Assembly: GCA_964016885.1 (NCBI GenBank)
Contig: OZ024741.1
Location: 168,144,001-168,208,000 of the forward strand
Direction: 5' to 3'
Source: Eledone cirrhosa
Taxonomy: Eukaryota
Length of the DNA stretch: 64,000 nt
Below are positions 1-12,950 of this stretch, piece after piece. How positions within the stretch are numbered: position 1 is the first letter of the stretch; each line of letters starts with the position of its first letter. Below the pieces are notes generated by a model. The model had not been told where the DNA came from. It was given only the letters and a program-made list of their open reading frames with translations, and did no database searches. The position numbers and the translations under genes are program-made.

Positions 1-1685
1 CTCGCGGTCGCCGACCGCACGGAACCCCTAGACCCACGGACTCCCTACTTCACACTGAAGGACCACAAATCCGATTTCGACCGTAAACCATCTATCAGGC
101 TTATAAACCCAACGAAGTCCGACATAGGGAAAATTAGTAAAAAAAATCCTAGACCGCGTTATACCAAAAGTTAAGCAAAACGCCAGACTTAGCCTATGGG
201 TCAACACCCAGGAAGTAATCTCATGGTTCAGCAATATGGAGGACAAACGAGACACAAAATTCATCCAGTTTGACATAGAGAGTTACTACGCTTCAATTAC
301 CTTACCGCTCCTTACGGCCGCCTTGGACTTTGCCGAGACACTTGCGCCCATCACCGACAAGGAAAGAAATATCATCCTCCACGCCAGGAAGACAGTCCTA
401 CTTTTCGACAACTCCAAATGGACAAAGAGAGCTCCCGACCCCCCCCCCCCCCTTCGACGTCAGTATGGGCACGACGGATTCGGCTGAAGTCACAGATCTT
501 ATAGGATTATTCCTACTAGTTAAACTCACCGATATGTTTCCTGCATTCAGCGGTGGATTGTACCGTGATGATGGGCTCCTTACCCTTAAAGGGTACAACC
601 CCAGTAGTGCAGACCGGGTCCGTAAACAATTAATCAGCTTCTTCCGTGACTGGGGATTTAAAATAACCCTACAAACGTCCCTAACCCGAGTAAACTTCCT
701 GGACGTTACCCTTGACCTCGATAATGATCTGTACTACCCATACAGGAAACCCAACGACAACCTGCACTACATCCACCGCCGGTCAAACCATCCTAGAAAC
801 ATCACCAATAACCTGGTTAAAAACATCTCCCTCCGCATATCTCGTTTGTCCGCTAATGAGCAGATATTCGAGGAACATGCGCCTTATTACAACCAGGCCC
901 TCAAGCGGAGTGGCTTCCGGGAGGAAATATCCTACTGTCCAGTTTCCATTAGCGGAACCAGCAGGCGACACCGCCGCTCACGCAACGTAACATGGTTCAA
1001 TCCTCCCCACAACGCCGAGGTGACAACATATATCGGGAAAATCTACTTTAGGCTCATCGAAAAACACATCCCAGTAAAACACCGCTACCACAACATAATC
1101 AACAAAAATACCATCAAACTCTCCTACAGCACCACACCTAACTTTGCACAAAACATCGTCTCCTCTAACAACAAATAAGTCAACCCCTATGGAAGAAATA
1201 ACCTAGATAGCAGTGGAGAGCCGACCAGGAGGTGTAACTGTCCTGATGGATCCATTTGCCCCCTCGACAACAGATGCAGAGATCGTAATGTGATCTACCA
1301 GTGCAACGTGAGGACGGACACCTCCAACAAAGCTTATATAGGATTAACCGCTTGTGACTTCAAGACCCGCCACTACACTTTCGGGCCACATCTAGGACCT
1401 CAAAGATAACAATATAACCTATAATCTCACTTGGAGCTTACTGTCCAGAGCCAACTCTTACACGGGAGGACGCCGTCCGTGTAACTTATGCTCGGAGGAA
1501 ACATTACAAATGCTGTTTTCGACGGACCAACTCCTAAACAAGAAAGACGAACTGGTAACTGCATGCAAACACAGATTGCGTAGGACTTACCTCGCCCTCA
1601 AACCCCATAATGACCCGGGGGTAGACAAGGGCTGTAACACCCCACTTGCCGACTTTGTAATGGGTAACCCCTGCTTACAAAGGTA
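1..1685 (+). pseudogene. Disrupted PLE reverse transcriptase-GIY-YIG endonuclease ORF
   Basis: Frameshifts at A-run ~138-146 and C14 run 439-452, in-frame TAA 1176-1178, apparent deletion/frameshift ~1380-1400; motifs continue across the breaks to TAG near 1685. Confidence 0.85.
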
Positions 1686-2084
1686 GACGTAAGATTTTCT
1701 TATATATTTTTTATCGTTTCCTCTATATTTACTTCTTCCCCCATCCCTTCCTAGTCCTTCCACCCCAGTTCTCCTTCTTTGTCGTCGTTCTTTTCACCTT
1801 CTCGCCCACCCCGAGGCAGCCCTTCGGTCCTCTGTAGCTTCAGTACCCCCACCCCCTATTCTATGATAGAATTGGCCGACTTCGCTTTTTATAGCAGATG
1901 TGATAGACCCCAGTACTTGGTTTCTTATCTGATTGCTGCCCCATTCCGTGATTCCTAGATTTCTTAGTGGTATCTCTGCTTTAGTTTCTCGTATATCAGT
2001 ATTTATTTAAAGAAATCATTATTAAATAAAAAAATAAATAAAGAAAGAAATCAGTATTTATTTTTTTTTGGGGGGGGGGGGGGG

Positions 2085-2300
2085 GTATTCTGAATTAATT
2101 TTTCGTATTAAATTCTTCATATATATCGTACGAGCATTTATGTAGTTTGTATTAGAATTTATATATTGTAGCGGTTCTCTTATATATCGTATTAGTATTA
2201 ATTTTCGGGATTCTGAATTAATATTTCGTAGTAGTTTCGGGATTCTGAATTAATATTTCGTAGTAGTTTCGGGACTCTGAATTATTATTTCGTATTAGTT
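2085..2300 (+). repeat. ~32-bp tandem repeat in PLE 3' UTR
   Basis: TTCGGGATTCTGAATTAATATTTCGTAGTAGT three near-perfect copies plus degenerate upstream copies. Confidence 0.75.
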
Positions 2301-2805
2301 ATTTTTTAGTATTTTGGCCCCCTACTTGTTGACCTGTCATTGTAAGATAGATTTGGCCGATTACTACTAACTCATAAAATCCTTTCACTACAATCTCGTA
2401 TTTAGTATTCCGTCCCACCTATTAAACTTTTCTATAGTTTAGCACTACCAGTGAGAGATTTGATGATTGTGGTAGGGGAATAGTAACCAGAAATTGTGTT
2501 TTTTTTATATTTTTAACATTCTTATTATTCTTCTATATATTTACTCCATATAGATTTACTTATTGTGTCGACTTCCTCCCCCCTCCCCCTCGCTAGTATA
2601 CTTCTCTTGACCTCTTATCCTTAGGATTCTGCTGTAGTTGGCACTTTCAACACACGACTGGATTTCCTCCACTCCCTCTCCCTCTTTCTTCTACTGGCAA
2701 GTTCAGCTACCCCTTCCTTCCACAAAATGCCATGATAGAATTATGTGTCTCAACAACAAACTTTTGACCAATCCTTGTGACAATCACTTTTACCATACAT
2801 GGAAT

Positions 2806-2902
2806 CACCCCCTGAGAAGCTCGGCTATTCATGTACCAGGATAAAAATGTTCATTTAGTCCAGAATTAGCCGTCAAAACGGCTTGAGCTCAGCCGTCGGG
2901 GT
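2806..2902 (+). ncRNA. Degenerate type I hammerhead ribozyme at PLE 3' end
   Basis: Stem I ACCCC/GGGGT; core CTGAGAA (non-canonical); stem II CGGCTATTC/GAATTAGCCG; AAAA in place of GAAA; stem III ACGGCT/AGCCGT; GTC cleavage triplet. Confidence 0.55.
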
Positions 2903-2972
2903 CCTACTCATTCCTATATATATATATATAAATATACGATATTAAACAAATGGAAACTATATTTATAAAACC

Positions 2973-3049
2973 ATATTTATTTCATTATACATATTTCAGG
3001 GATACCATATTAAAAATATGGCATGCCTTCGTCAGATAAAATACAATAT
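2973..3049 (-). ncRNA. Minimal type I hammerhead ribozyme (3' pLTR)
   Basis: Minus strand: TATTTTAT-CTGACGA-AGGCATGCCATATT/AATATGGTATCCCT-GAAA-TATGTA-TA-ATGAAATA; canonical core, stems I and II pair. Confidence 0.85.
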
Positions 3050-3133
3050 ATAAACAGTTTTATATATAATTTTGACGTACCATATTATAAGCGACCGTTA
3101 TATTAGGAAGCTGTCTGGATATTGATGTGTTTA

Positions 3134-3660
3134 TAATTATTTAGTTATAGTGTTAAGCACAGTTAGAAAAAAGACGGAGAGAAAGAAGAAACGAAGGTAA
3201 AGAAAAAACAGAGAGAGAGAGAGGGGAGAGAAAGAAAAGGAGAGAGAGAAAAAAAAGGAGAGAGAGAAAAATATATAAATAGATAGGAGGAGGTGAAAGA
3301 GAAACAAGAAAGAAATAAGAGAGGCAAACGAAAGCAACAGATAAATAATAATTCACCATACATATAGAGAAACTCAAGAGAGAGGGAGTACTATATAGAG
3401 AGAGAAGGATAATAATTATTTAGTTATAGTGTTAAGCACAGTTAGAAAAAAGACGGAGAGAAATAAAAAACGGAGATAAAGAAAAAACTGAGAGAGAGAG
3501 GGGGGAGGAAAAGAAAGAGAGAAAACTATAAATAGATAGGAGGAAGTGAAAAAGAAAGAAATAAGAGAGGCAAACGAAAGCGACAGATACATAATAATTC
3601 ATCATACATAAAGATAAAGTCAAGAGAGAGGAGCAAGTGCTATATATAGAGAGAAGGATA
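3134..3660. repeat. ~280-bp tandem duplication, purine-rich, in PLE 3' UTR
   Basis: TAATTATTTAGTTATAGTGTTAAGCACAG... starts at ~3134 and again at ~3412. Confidence 0.8.
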
Positions 3661-4886
3661 CAGTTACATCATTTACGTCAAGTCATATCAATTTGAATTA
3701 TCAATTCATATGAAATGGATAATAAGAATGCAAATATCAATATTCATGAATGAGACATAGATATATAATATGAGAAAATAACATTGTTCAATAATGACCA
3801 TATGTTTAGTTTAAAACTCTGAGGTCAATATACCAAAATCTGAGATAAAACCTTCAAAAAATTACCTTATTTATAAAAATACGGAAATATATATGTATAT
3901 ATATATACACGTATATGTACTTTCTGAAAAAAGAAAAAAAAGAAGAAAAAAAGAAGAAAAAGAGAAAAAAAGAAAAAAAAGAAGAAAAAAGAAAAAAAGA
4001 AGAAAAAAAGAAGAAAAAAAGAAGAACAAAACAAAAAAAAACAAAAAAAAAACAAAAAAAAACAAAAAAAAAGAAGAAGAAAAAACAAAAAATTATGTCT
4101 AACTCTAGTCGATAATATAGACATACACATGACTTCACCTGATCAACTCTATAATTTCTTGTGTCATAAAAAAATTTCTTGTGTTATAAAAATTTCACTA
4201 TATATATATAAAATATACGATTAATATTCATGTCCTCACATATATGATTACCGTTCATGTATTTAATATTATGCATATCTGTAACATATACAGAACCATA
4301 CCTATATATATATATATATGTATATATAAAATATCTGCGTGAGTTTTCCAGCATCTTTACGCACATATATAGAGACACATGAACACATAAAATAAACTCT
4401 ATAAACCTTCTATATGCATGTTAATACACATATGGCCTTTGTATAGAGATAATCAAATATCAATATATCAGCACAGAAACATCAAAACATTAAAATACTT
4501 TCAACACACTATAGAGTATTTCAGGCCAAAAACAATATGCTTCATATATTTACTACAGAAATCTATCCTTCCTATATTTCAAACAATATATTGCAAAGTT
4601 AGTTAGAAGCTATCAGAATAAAAAAACAAATAAAAACAAAAATTATTTAACAAAAATTATTTAAAAGATTTAGAAGACCCAGTGATTATACGGATGCCCT
4701 TATATTTAGTATAGAAATTTATCTTGCATAAAATTTATTTAATACATTGGGAGCATATACATTTTAGAGTAGTTTAATTACATCTTTGTTTATATTTAGG
4801 AAGAAGGTTTAAAAAGAAAAAGGTGAAGGAATCAAATGATTTATCGTCAGGTTTCATATATTAACTAAATTTCTTAATTAATTATA

Positions 4887-7113
4887 CTACATTTTAAATT
4901 TATATTTATATTTAAACGTTGAGTTCAATCTATGTCTGCAGCAACTGAATAAATTGCTCCTTAAATTAAGGGAATTTTTGGACTTTAATATAAAGAATAC
5001 CTCCTCCACACAGAGATCACATGTCTCTGATGAGGAATTAAAAGGAATCCCTTTTGAGACAATATTCCAAAACATCGAATACTCAACATTATCTCGTTTA
5101 AGTTGCCAGAGTAAGCTTGATAGCGAAGTTGAGGATTTTTTGTTTGGATCTGTGAAAGAATTCTTATAATTATTGAAGCGAAGTTTAAATTCTGTCGAGG
5201 TGGAACCAACATAGTTGAAAGAATTTAAGTTAGTTTTAACATTACAATTGTATACTACATTTTTAACTAAGCAATTGTTATTTAACGGACAGTTAGATTT
5301 ATTTCTACAGTTACAGTTATTTAATTGAATATTGTTTGGGTTATTATTGGTATTTTGGTTAGGTTTTAAATTCCTATTATTAATTCTGTTAATATTTTGT
5401 GCTAAATTTTTGGTGGACGAGTAAGTTAATTTTATAGTATGTCTATTAAAAATTGAGTGATATTTATGTGTTCTAGGGAAGCGTTTGTCAAGAGCATTAA
5501 AGAATAGTTTAGCAATATGGGTTTTAATATTTAGTGAAAAGGAGGGGGGGGGGGGCAAACCATATTATATTTCTAGTTCTATTTCTTTTTCGGCTTTTGG
5601 AATTATTGTAATGTTTTCTATTATAGTTGTTAATGTTGTTACCGTAATTAAAATTGTTATTATTTTGGTTAGTTTGCTTATTATTATCGATGTACTTAAT
5701 TTTATCACTATATCCTGCTCTAGCTAACGCTTCATTGTAATACTGCGCTTTTTCATCAAAAATATTTTTATTAGATGAAATTCTTGAAATTCGTTCTTGA
5801 ACAGAGTTCACTATAGTATTTTTAACAGATCTGGGGTGATTAGAGTTAAAATTGACATAATTCAAGTTCTCATTTAGTTTGTGAAATGGATAGTGAAGTC
5901 ATGTGTTGAGATTTAGTGTTACATCCAGGAAATTGACTATTCTATGGTTATTCTCTATTTCTATTTTTAGATTAAGGTAATTAAAAAATTGTATAATTTG
6001 TTTTCTTTTTCTATTTAGTTCACAGTTATTATTTTCAATAAGTAAAAGCATGTCATCACGATATAATCCTCCGGTTACACCTGGTATTTTTCTATGCAGC
6101 GAATTAATTATAAATAGGCCCACAAGGTCCGTTACCTGAGCTGAGTCAGATGATCCCATAGTTATGTCGAAATTATTATCTCTATCTGCCCTAGTCCATA
6201 GTTGGTTATTAAATTCTATCAATGTTTTCCTTGCCGATAATATAATGTGCATTTCATTGCTAGTTAGGTCTGTATGTTTAAATGCGTAATTTAGTGCCTT
6301 ATTCAATAGATTAGGAGTGATAGATGAATAGTAGTTAGCAATATCAAGTTGAATAAACTTATTATTATAGTTATATTTAATTTCTTTAAACCACTCAATA
6401 ACCTCACCAGTCCCCTTCCATAACTTTAAGTAAGGTAAATTATGTAAGTTTTTAATTTGCTGTATTACCCTGTCTAGAATGTTTTTGCTAAGTTTTCCCA
6501 GGTCAGATTTTGATGGTGCAATCAATCTGACTGGCAAATCATTTTCAAAATTTCTTTTGTGATCTTTCATATTGATCTTGGGTTTCCTAGGCATGAAGGG
6601 TTGTGTTTTATTCTCAATGTCTAATTCATGCATTATACAAGATGCCTCTGTATTCATTTTTTCCAGTTCGTCCTTACTTGCTACCTTGTACTTTTTCCTT
6701 AGTTCTTTCAATATAAGGCCGTTATACATGTCCTTTTGTACTCCATAAAGGTTATTGGTTTTGTCCGATTTCACTAAGATCTCTGTTTTTTCCAAGCCTT
6801 CAATATTATCCTTAATGCATCTTAGATAGTCCTGGCCTTTGAAGCTACTCTTGAATTTGATTCCTTGGATGATAGAAATTATATCGTTTTCAAAATCCAT
6901 TAATAGTTTGTTGGGGGGTGGATTTTTTTTAGATTTGAAAGTTTTATCCAAATCTGAAACATTTTCATTTAGATTAGATTTATCAAAGTGGAAGGCACGC
7001 CACCTGATTCTTCTTATAAAAGAGTCTGATTTTTCTATTAATTGTTTAATAAAGTCTTTGTTTCTAGGTAGAGGTATGTCTTTTAGGGAAGAAGATATCT
7101 TAAAGAATTCCAT
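4887..7113 (-). CDS. PLE RT + GIY-YIG polyprotein (~740 aa if one TGA and one homopolymer frameshift are bridged)
   Basis: ORF 7113-5899 (KSDKTNN, MKDHK, QLDIANYY, FDITMG, GLYRDD, VNFLDV) ends in TGA and continues in the same frame as LHYPFHK..SNHP; +/-1 shift in G12 run 5544-5555; then CNC..CPL..C, VVY..YVG, CDLCVEE, CRH. Confidence 0.85.
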
Positions 7114-7289
7114 TTTTTCAGTTATAATATAAAGCGCTCAACAATATTGGAGCAAAAATATATGCAAAAGTTTTATTTAAAATTGTTGGGTTACAACAAG
7201 TAAATATTTTATAACTGATATAAAGCACTCGACAAGTTTTGGGAGTAGATATACGATATTAAACAAATGGAAACTATATTTATAAAACC

Positions 7290-7366
7290 ATATTTATTTC
7301 ATTATACATATTTCAGGGATACCATATTAAAAATATGGCATGCCTTCGTCAGATAAAATACAATAT
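7290..7366 (-). ncRNA. Minimal type I hammerhead ribozyme (5' pLTR, identical copy)
   Basis: Same sequence as 2973-3049. Confidence 0.85.
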
Positions 7367-7564
7367 ATAAACAGTTTTATATATAATTTTGACGTACCAT
7401 ATTATAAGCGACCGTTATATTAGGAAGCTGTCTGGATATTGATGTGTTTATAATTATTTAGTTATAGTGTTAAGCACAGTTAGAAAAAAGACGGAGAGAA
7501 AGAAGAAACGGAGGTAAAGAAAAAACAGAGAGATAGCGGGGAGAGAAAGAAAAGGAGAGAGAGA

Positions 7565-8955
<1,391 letters not shown>

Positions 8956-9469
8956 TATGTCAAGATAGATGGTAGTTATAATATGGGGAAATCAAGGGAA
9001 GTGCAATTTAAGAATGAAAATGTGTAAAGTGTAAGTAATAATAATATGCCATATTTTGGAATAATTACTGTAAAGAAAGATAAATGTCTTGGAGCAATTC
9101 TAAGAACATCAAGTAGACATCAGTTATTATTAAAGCAGTTGGCACCAGAAAATTTTACTAACAAGAACAAAAATACATATTCTATCAAATGATTAATAGA
9201 ATCGAAAAAAGAATTTCATTTATTTCAACAAAACAAGTGTATTTATGTATATATGTATGTATGCATGAATGTATGTTCTTCTGGTTTTATAATTTCACAA
9301 AGTTTTATCAATAGAGAGAGAGAGTTGGTTTCTAGCATAGACACAAGACTCTCTCATTGGAATTTACACAACATCAGCTAGGTAGATATGTATGTATGCA
9401 TGCATGTGTAGATATGGATGTTATTGTATGTGTGGATGTGTATGTTTTGAGTTGTATGTGTGCATGTGT

Positions 9470-10150
9470 ATATGCTTTGCAACATTTTTGGAATGTTTTA
9501 CATATTTTTACTGTTCCATTAATGGATTGTACTTGTAATTTCCTAACTAGTTGTGTTCTTTCTGTTCCTGTGAAGCCTAGCTTCTCAAGATTTGTATTGA
9601 GGCAGTTACTAACATACCCCAGTGCCCCAATAATCACAGGCATAAATCTGAAGGTGTAATCAAGGTGGAGTATCTGCAGATTTCTCATCAGTTCTGCATA
9701 AATATTCTCCTTTTCACTAATCTTTGATATTATATTGGCATCTGATGGGCAGCTAATTTCCACTACTGTGCATGTTTTCTTCTCCATGTCCCATATCATA
9801 ATATCTGGTCTGTTATGCCTGCATTTTATTGGGGTTTTTACTGAAACATTCCACCAGTACTCTTTCATAGTATGTACATGGATGTCTTCCACATTGCTGT
9901 AGCTTTTAATGTGTTTATTATCGGGGCTATCTTTTTTACGAACTGCATTGTACAGTGTTTTGGCCACAACATCATGCCTCATAGGTAGATAGTACCACGA
10001 TGACATCTTTGGACAGCTGCTGATGACATGGGTGATATCCTCGATGTTAGTTCTGCAGAATCTGCACTTGTTATCACATCTAGGTGTTTTGCCTGCATCC
10101 CTATCTCTTTTGTGAATCAGGTATTTCGTGTTAATCTCCTGTTCTTGTAT
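9470..10150 (-). mobile_element. R4/Dong-clade non-LTR retrotransposon 3' fragment (CCHC + restriction-like endonuclease)
   Basis: QEQEI..KCRFC..EDITHVISSC, RHD, HNRPDI, VVEISCP, KENIYAEL, IIGALG motifs; embedded in (TATG)n. Confidence 0.85.
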
Positions 10151-10915
10151 GTATGTATGTATGTATGTATGTATGTATGTATGTATGTATGTATGTATGG
10201 ATGTATGTATTTATGTATATATATATATATGTGTGTGTATGGATGTATGTATGTATTTATGTATATATGTATGTATCAATGTATGTATGTATGGATGGAT
10301 GGATGTATGTATTTATGTATGTATGTATATGTGTATATGTGTGTGTATGTTTGTGTCTATGTATGTGTGTATGTATATATGAGTATATACATGTTTGTAT
10401 GTGTGTGTGTATGTATGTGTGTATATATGTATGAATCTCTATGTATGTGTCTGTATGCATGTGTGTATATATGAGTATATGTATGTATGTATGTATGTTC
10501 ATAGTGACTAACAGGAACAGTACAAGACAACCAACGAAACTTACATCATTATTTTGTATTTGGTAACATTCACTAAAATTATACACCATGTAAAGCAGAT
10601 ATATATGTATCTATATATGTGTGTATTCATATATGCATGTATGTATGCATATGTATGTATGTACATACATTATGTATGTATGTATGTACATGTATATATG
10701 TATGCATATGTATGTATCTGTATGTGTGTGTGCATGTATGTATGTATATGTGTGTGTATCTATGTATGCATATGCATGTGTGCACGCATGTATGTATACG
10801 TGTATGTATCTATGTATGCATATGTATGTATGCATGCATGTATGTATGTATGTATGTGTGTGTATCTATGTGTGTGTACCTATGTCTATGTGTATATATT
10901 ATGTATGTACGTAGG
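10148..10915. repeat. Degenerate (TATG)n/(TG)n microsatellite
   Basis: Visible simple repeat. Confidence 0.9.
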
Positions 10916-11200
10916 TATGGCAGATAGAGCATAACAACATAAATATCACTTTTAAAGTAGAAACCACAGGCTGTTAAAATTGGATAATGAGTGAATGTTA
11001 GATATGAGAGATAGAGAGAAAGACATGTGTTGGGTGGGAGAGAGAATGATTGAGGATATAGGTAAAGGGGTTGATAAGAGAAAGGATGTAAAATGTGAAA
11101 TAGAGAAAGAGTAGGAGAGTAGAGCAAAAGAATGAAAGAGAGGGTAACAGCACAAAGGAGATTAGGTGTAAAGGAGTAAGAATAAAAAAAAGGGAGAAAA

Positions 11201-11611
11201 ATAATTGTTTCTACTTTAGGCACAAGGCCAGCAATTACCCAGTGCATTACTGGTACTTTATTTTATCGACCCCGTAAGGATGAAAGGCAAAGTCAACCTC
11301 GGCGGGATTTGAACTCAGATCGTAAAGGGACGAAACTATGCTGGAAAGCATGGCGTCCGACCCTCTACCAATACTGCCAATCCACCGCCCTGGGAGAAAA
11401 ATAATGGTTTCTTATATAGGCACAAGGCCAGTAATTTGGGGAGTGGGGGAAATCGATTAAATTGACCCCAGTGCGTTACTGGTGCTTTATTTTATCGACC
11501 CCCATAAGGACGAAAGGCAAAGTTATCCTTAGCGGGATTTGAACTCATATCAGAAAGAGCCGTAAATCTATGCTGCAAAGCATGGCGTCCAACCCTCTAC
11601 CAATACTGCCA
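11201..11611 (-). mobile_element. Two tandem tRNA-derived SINEs (family A)
   Basis: Head GGCGGTGGATTGGCAG, B-box GAGTTCAAATCCCGCC, core GCCTTTCATCCTTACGGGGTCGATAAAATAAAGTACCAG; GGAGAAAAATAA target duplication appears three times. Confidence 0.88.
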
Positions 11612-11674
11612 TTCTGGAGAAAAATAATAAAGATATAAAAGCCTTGAACTTAGAAAGGGATGATACCAAATATT

Positions 11675-12310
11675 CATCATCATCATCATTATCATCGTTT
11701 AACGTCTATTTTCCATGCTAGCATAGGTTAGATGGGTTTGTCCCATTAGAGGCAAGTTGGGTTAGGTGACCATATTTTGCTCATATTGGACTGTTTCTGG
11801 CTAGATTTCTACGGCTGGATGCTCTTCCTAACACCAACCATATTTACAGTGTATGCTGGGTGCTTTTTGTCGTGACACTTACACGACCACTTTACAGTTG
11901 ATACTGGGTGCTTTTTGTCGTGACACTTACACGACCACTTTACAGTTGATACTGGGTGCTTTTTGTCGTGACACTTACACGACCACTTTACAGTTGATAC
12001 TGGGTGATTTTTGTTGTATCTCCTACACGACCACTTTACAGTTGATACTGGGTGCTTTTTGCTGTGTCTCCTACATGACCACTTTACAGTGTCTGCTGGG
12101 TGCTTTTTGCTGTGTCTCCTACACGGCCACTTTACAGTGTGTGTTGGGTGCTTTTTGTCATGTCTCCTACACGACCACTGTACAGTGTGTTATGGGTGCT
12201 TTTTGTCATGTCTTCTACATGACCACTTTACAGTGTGTGTTGGGTGTTTTTTGCCATGTCTCCTACATGACTACTTTACAGTGTGCGCTGGGTGCTTTTT
12301 GTTGTGACAT
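11675..12310 (-). mobile_element. RTE LINE 3' UTR fragment with (ATG)n tail
   Basis: Matches the 3' end of the RTE at 27740-29221 (CCATGCTAG..GGACGTTAAACGATGATG). Confidence 0.8.
11843..12310. repeat. 48-bp minisatellite, ~10 copies
   Basis: TGGGTGCTTTTTGTCGTGACACTTACACGACCACTTTACAGTTGATAC unit; gives a 16-aa periodic spurious ORF. Confidence 0.92.
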
Positions 12311-12440
12311 GAAATATCTATAAAGTTAACCTGGATGGGTTTGAACTCAGAGCACAGAGAGATGGAATGAATGCCATAAACATTCTAATAATTATACCAG
12401 TCCATAACCTTATATATACTGTGTTAATTTTTGGTATATA

Positions 12441-12516
12441 CAGGGTGCTCCCGAAAATGTAAACATACTTCAACAGCATTCTAATAAATATGTGTATATA
12501 TTTGTTTGGAACACTG
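12441..12516. mobile_element. Tiny Tc1/mariner-type MITE remnant
   Basis: TA-CAGGGTG...AACACTG-TA imperfect terminal inverted repeats. Confidence 0.4.
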
Positions 12517-12582
12517 TATTCTGATATCAGTAGAGCCTCCATAGATATTTTCTGTTTTCTTGTGAAATCTTATATAGATTTA

Positions 12583-12950
12583 TAATTGTCTCTACTTTTG
12601 GCACAAGGCCAGCAATTCTCCCAGTGTATTACTGGTACTTTATTTTATCGACCCCGTAAGGATGAAAGGCAAAGTTAACCTCGACGGGATTTGAACTCAG
12701 TCCGTAAAGGGACGTTTACTGTGCTACAAAGCATGGCATCCGACCCTCTACCGATACTGCCAATAATTGTTTCTACTTTAGGCACAAGGCCAGCAATTAC
12801 CCAGTGCATTACTGGTACTTTATTTTATCGACCCCGTAAGGATGAAAGGCAAAGTCAACCTCGGCGGGATTTGAACTCAGATCGTAAAGGGACGTAACTA
12901 TGCTGGAAAGCATGGCGTCCGACTCTCAACCGATACTGCCAATCCACCGA
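12583..12950 (-). mobile_element. Two tandem SINE family A copies
   Basis: Same head/core as 11201-11390. Confidence 0.88.

Larger units (their letters stand above)
1..2914 (+). mobile_element. Penelope-like element (PLE, Naiad-like), 5' end outside window; RT + GIY-YIG pseudo-ORF, long 3' UTR, terminal degenerate hammerhead
   Basis: PLE RT motifs TLKDHK, RLINPTKSDIG, QFDIESYY, FDVSMG, GLYRDDGL, VNFLDV, SNHP; GIY-YIG domain CNC..CPL..C, VIY..YIG, CNLCSEE, CKH; ends at a (TA)n tract. Confidence 0.9.

Noticed and set aside
439-452. Programmed frameshift at poly-C/poly-G runs in both PLE ORFs (also 5544-5555)
   Set aside because: Long C/G homopolymers are inflated throughout the window (e.g. 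2069-2085, 28884-28897); more likely sequencing or slippage error
4820-4860. SECIS-like ATGA-N11-AAA (and a CTGACGA) just after the PLE stop on the minus strand
   Set aside because: Helix is poorly paired and lacks the 3' GA of the SECIS quartet; no downstream GAAA/stem for a hammerhead
11853-12323. CRISPR-like array or Cys-rich repeat protein
   Set aside because: Contiguous 48-bp tandem units with no unique spacers and no cas genes; derived from an RTE 3' UTR
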